From an uncultured delta proteobacterium (lineage in GTDB: Bacteria; Desulfobacterota; Binatia; Binatales; Binataceae): 64,000 nucleotides of DNA. Shown here one piece after another: positions 61,958 to 64,000 of the stretch. Under the pieces are notes generated by a model. It was not told the origin of the DNA. It saw only the letters and a list, made by a program, of their open reading frames with translations, and ran no database searches. How positions within the stretch are numbered: the first letter of the stretch is position 1; each line of letters opens with the position of its first letter. Position numbers and translations under genes: made by a program. The stretch covers positions 3,168,001-3,232,000 of the forward strand of contig CAWEEQ010000004.1 of NCBI GenBank assembly GCA_963808235.1, in the 5' to 3' direction.

Positions 61958-63187
61958 ATGCAAAGTGTCGCCGAGATTGAAGCCAGTCCGGAAGTTCAGG
62001 ATCTGCGCAACCGGGTTTCCGGATTTTTGAACGAGCTCATTTACCCCAACGAAAAAATTCTTGAGAAGGGTGACGCGGAATCGTCGCGCACGTTGAAACA
62101 GATACAGGCCGAGGCGAAAAAGCGCGGCTTGTGGGCGCTCGGCTTGCCCAAGGATATCGGCGGCGGCGGACTCGGGTTCATGCCGTACGTGTTCGTGAAC
62201 GAGATCGTCGGACGCAGCGAGTATGCGATCGTCGGTCTCGGCACCCATTCCGCGCAAGACGCCACGATGCTCAATCTGTACGCGCATCCCGATCAGAGAA
62301 AGCGTTGGCTCGCGCCGCTGGTCAATGGCGATATTTATCCGAGCTTCTCGATGACCGAACCTGAAGTCTCGGGCGCCGATCCGACCGGGCTGCGCACGCG
62401 CGCAGTGCAGCATGGCGACGAATGGGTGATCAACGGCCACAAGTGGTTCACCAGCGGCGCCAACGTCGCCGCGTTTTCCACCGTGATGTGCGTGACCGAG
62501 CCCGACGCGCCGGTGCACGAACGCTTCAGCATGATAATCGTGCCGACCGACACCAAGGGGTACGAGATCGTGCGCGCGGTCCCGGTGATGGGCGAGACGT
62601 CGGGCGGCCATTGTGAGATCAAGTACAACGACGTGCGGGTACCACTGACCAACCTGTTGGGACCGCGCGGGCAGGCGTTCAAAATCGCGCAGCAGCGGCT
62701 CGGGCCGGGGCGGATTTATCATTGCATGCGATGGCTCGGGCAGGCGCAGCGCGCGTTCGAACTGATGGTCGATCGAGCGATTAACCGGCAGGCATTCGGC
62801 GGCCCGCTCTCCGACAAGCAGACGATTCAGAACTGGATTGCGGACTCCGCCGCCGAGATCCAGGCCTCGCGATTGCTGACCCTCAATGCGGCGGCGAAGA
62901 TCGACGCCGGCGACGAAGCGCGCGTCGAGATATCACTGATTAAGTTTTTCGGCGCGAAAGTCCTCCACGACGTGATCGATCGCGCAATCCAGGTGCATGG
63001 CGCGATGGGCGTGTCGGAAGATACTCCGCTCGCCCGGATGTACCGTCATGCGCGATTTGCCCGAATCTACGACGGTCCCGACGAAGTGCATCGGATGGTC
63101 GTGTCGCGGCGAATCGTGAGCGAGTTCAAAAAGGGCCGCAAGTGGGACTTCGGCCGGGGAATCGCGCGCAACGGAAAAAAGAACTGA
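61958..63187 (+). CDS. Acyl-CoA dehydrogenase
   Basis: FSMTEP, WVINGHKWF, RLGPGRI.HC, AIQVHGA.G, RIYDGPDEVH; GAGGAG RBS. Confidence 0.93.
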   Translation: MQSVAEIEASPEVQDLRNRVSGFLNELIYPNEKILEKGDAESSRTLKQIQAEAKKRGLWALGLPKDIGGGGLGFMPYVFVNEIVGRSEYAIVGLGTHSAQDATMLNLYAHPDQRKRWLAPLVNGDIYPSFSMTEPEVSGADPTGLRTRAVQHGDEWVINGHKWFTSGANVAAFSTVMCVTEPDAPVHERFSMIIVPTDTKGYEIVRAVPVMGETSGGHCEIKYNDVRVPLTNLLGPRGQAFKIAQQRLGPGRIYHCMRWLGQAQRAFELMVDRAINRQAFGGPLSDKQTIQNWIADSAAEIQASRLLTLNAAAKIDAGDEARVEISLIKFFGAKVLHDVIDRAIQVHGAMGVSEDTPLARMYRHARFARIYDGPDEVHRMVVSRRIVSEFKKGRKWDFGRGIARNGKKN

Positions 63188-63202
63188 AGCCTGTCGTGCC
63201 GG

Positions 63203-63813
<611 letters not shown>

Positions 63814-63861
63814 TTACCATTCTCCTCGGATGCCGGCGGTTCAAGCCCCCGGTGCGCGTCG

Positions 63862-64000
63862 CTAATTTGCAAAGAAGACCTCCCGCGCATGATTGGTGTC
63901 GCAATACTCGCGCACCTCGGCAATCTTGTCGCCGGCGAAACGGAGATAGAAGTGATAGCGGTTGTTGTACTTCTTGCCGTTCGCCGCGGTCGCATTCGAT
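63862..64000 (-). CDS. SnoaL/NTF2-like protein, 3' part only
   Basis: Hand translation ...NGKKYNNRYHFYLRFAGDKIAEVREYCDTNHAREVFFAN*. Confidence 0.75.
   Translation of the reverse strand, partial: SNATAANGKKYNNRYHFYLRFAGDKIAEVREYCDTNHAREVFFAN

Overview
High-GC bacterial chromosome segment with dense coding. Gene order and style suggest a Deltaproteobacteria-like or Candidatus Binatota organism; this is inference and was not tested. No CRISPR array, transposase, integrase or rRNA was seen. Core genes: cca, tRNA-Val(GAC)-thrS-infC (ATC start)-rpmI-rplT-pheS-pheT-ihfA-merR, lexA, thiL, larB, glyQS (alpha2 type)-ppdK and glnB. Accessory content: a CPBP protease-TPR fusion missing from the ORF track, a Gly/His-rich lipoprotein, a nucleoside-type ABC transporter, a DUF3142-like gene plus a large Cys-containing exported protein, and a double PQQ-type beta-propeller lipoprotein. 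Also present are a GH-like/GT2 fusion with a sigma54 promoter facing a kinase/NtrC-type pair, a frameshifted copper-radical oxidase with an exported His-1 partner, cstA with a small RCC-ending partner, and a CoA-transferase III pair. Best candidates for undescribed biology: (1) a translationally coupled luxE-like/luxC-like/class III aminotransferase operon without luciferase (possible acid-to-aldehyde-to-amine pathway); (2) a T-loop-less, C-terminally truncated PII duplicate coupled to glnB; (3) the AA5 oxidase plus His-1 protein pair, which shares an ECF-type promoter motif with an HGGGW-containing lipoprotein; (4) three CTAGG direct repeats phased at 22 bp upstream of a sensor-less histidine kinase.
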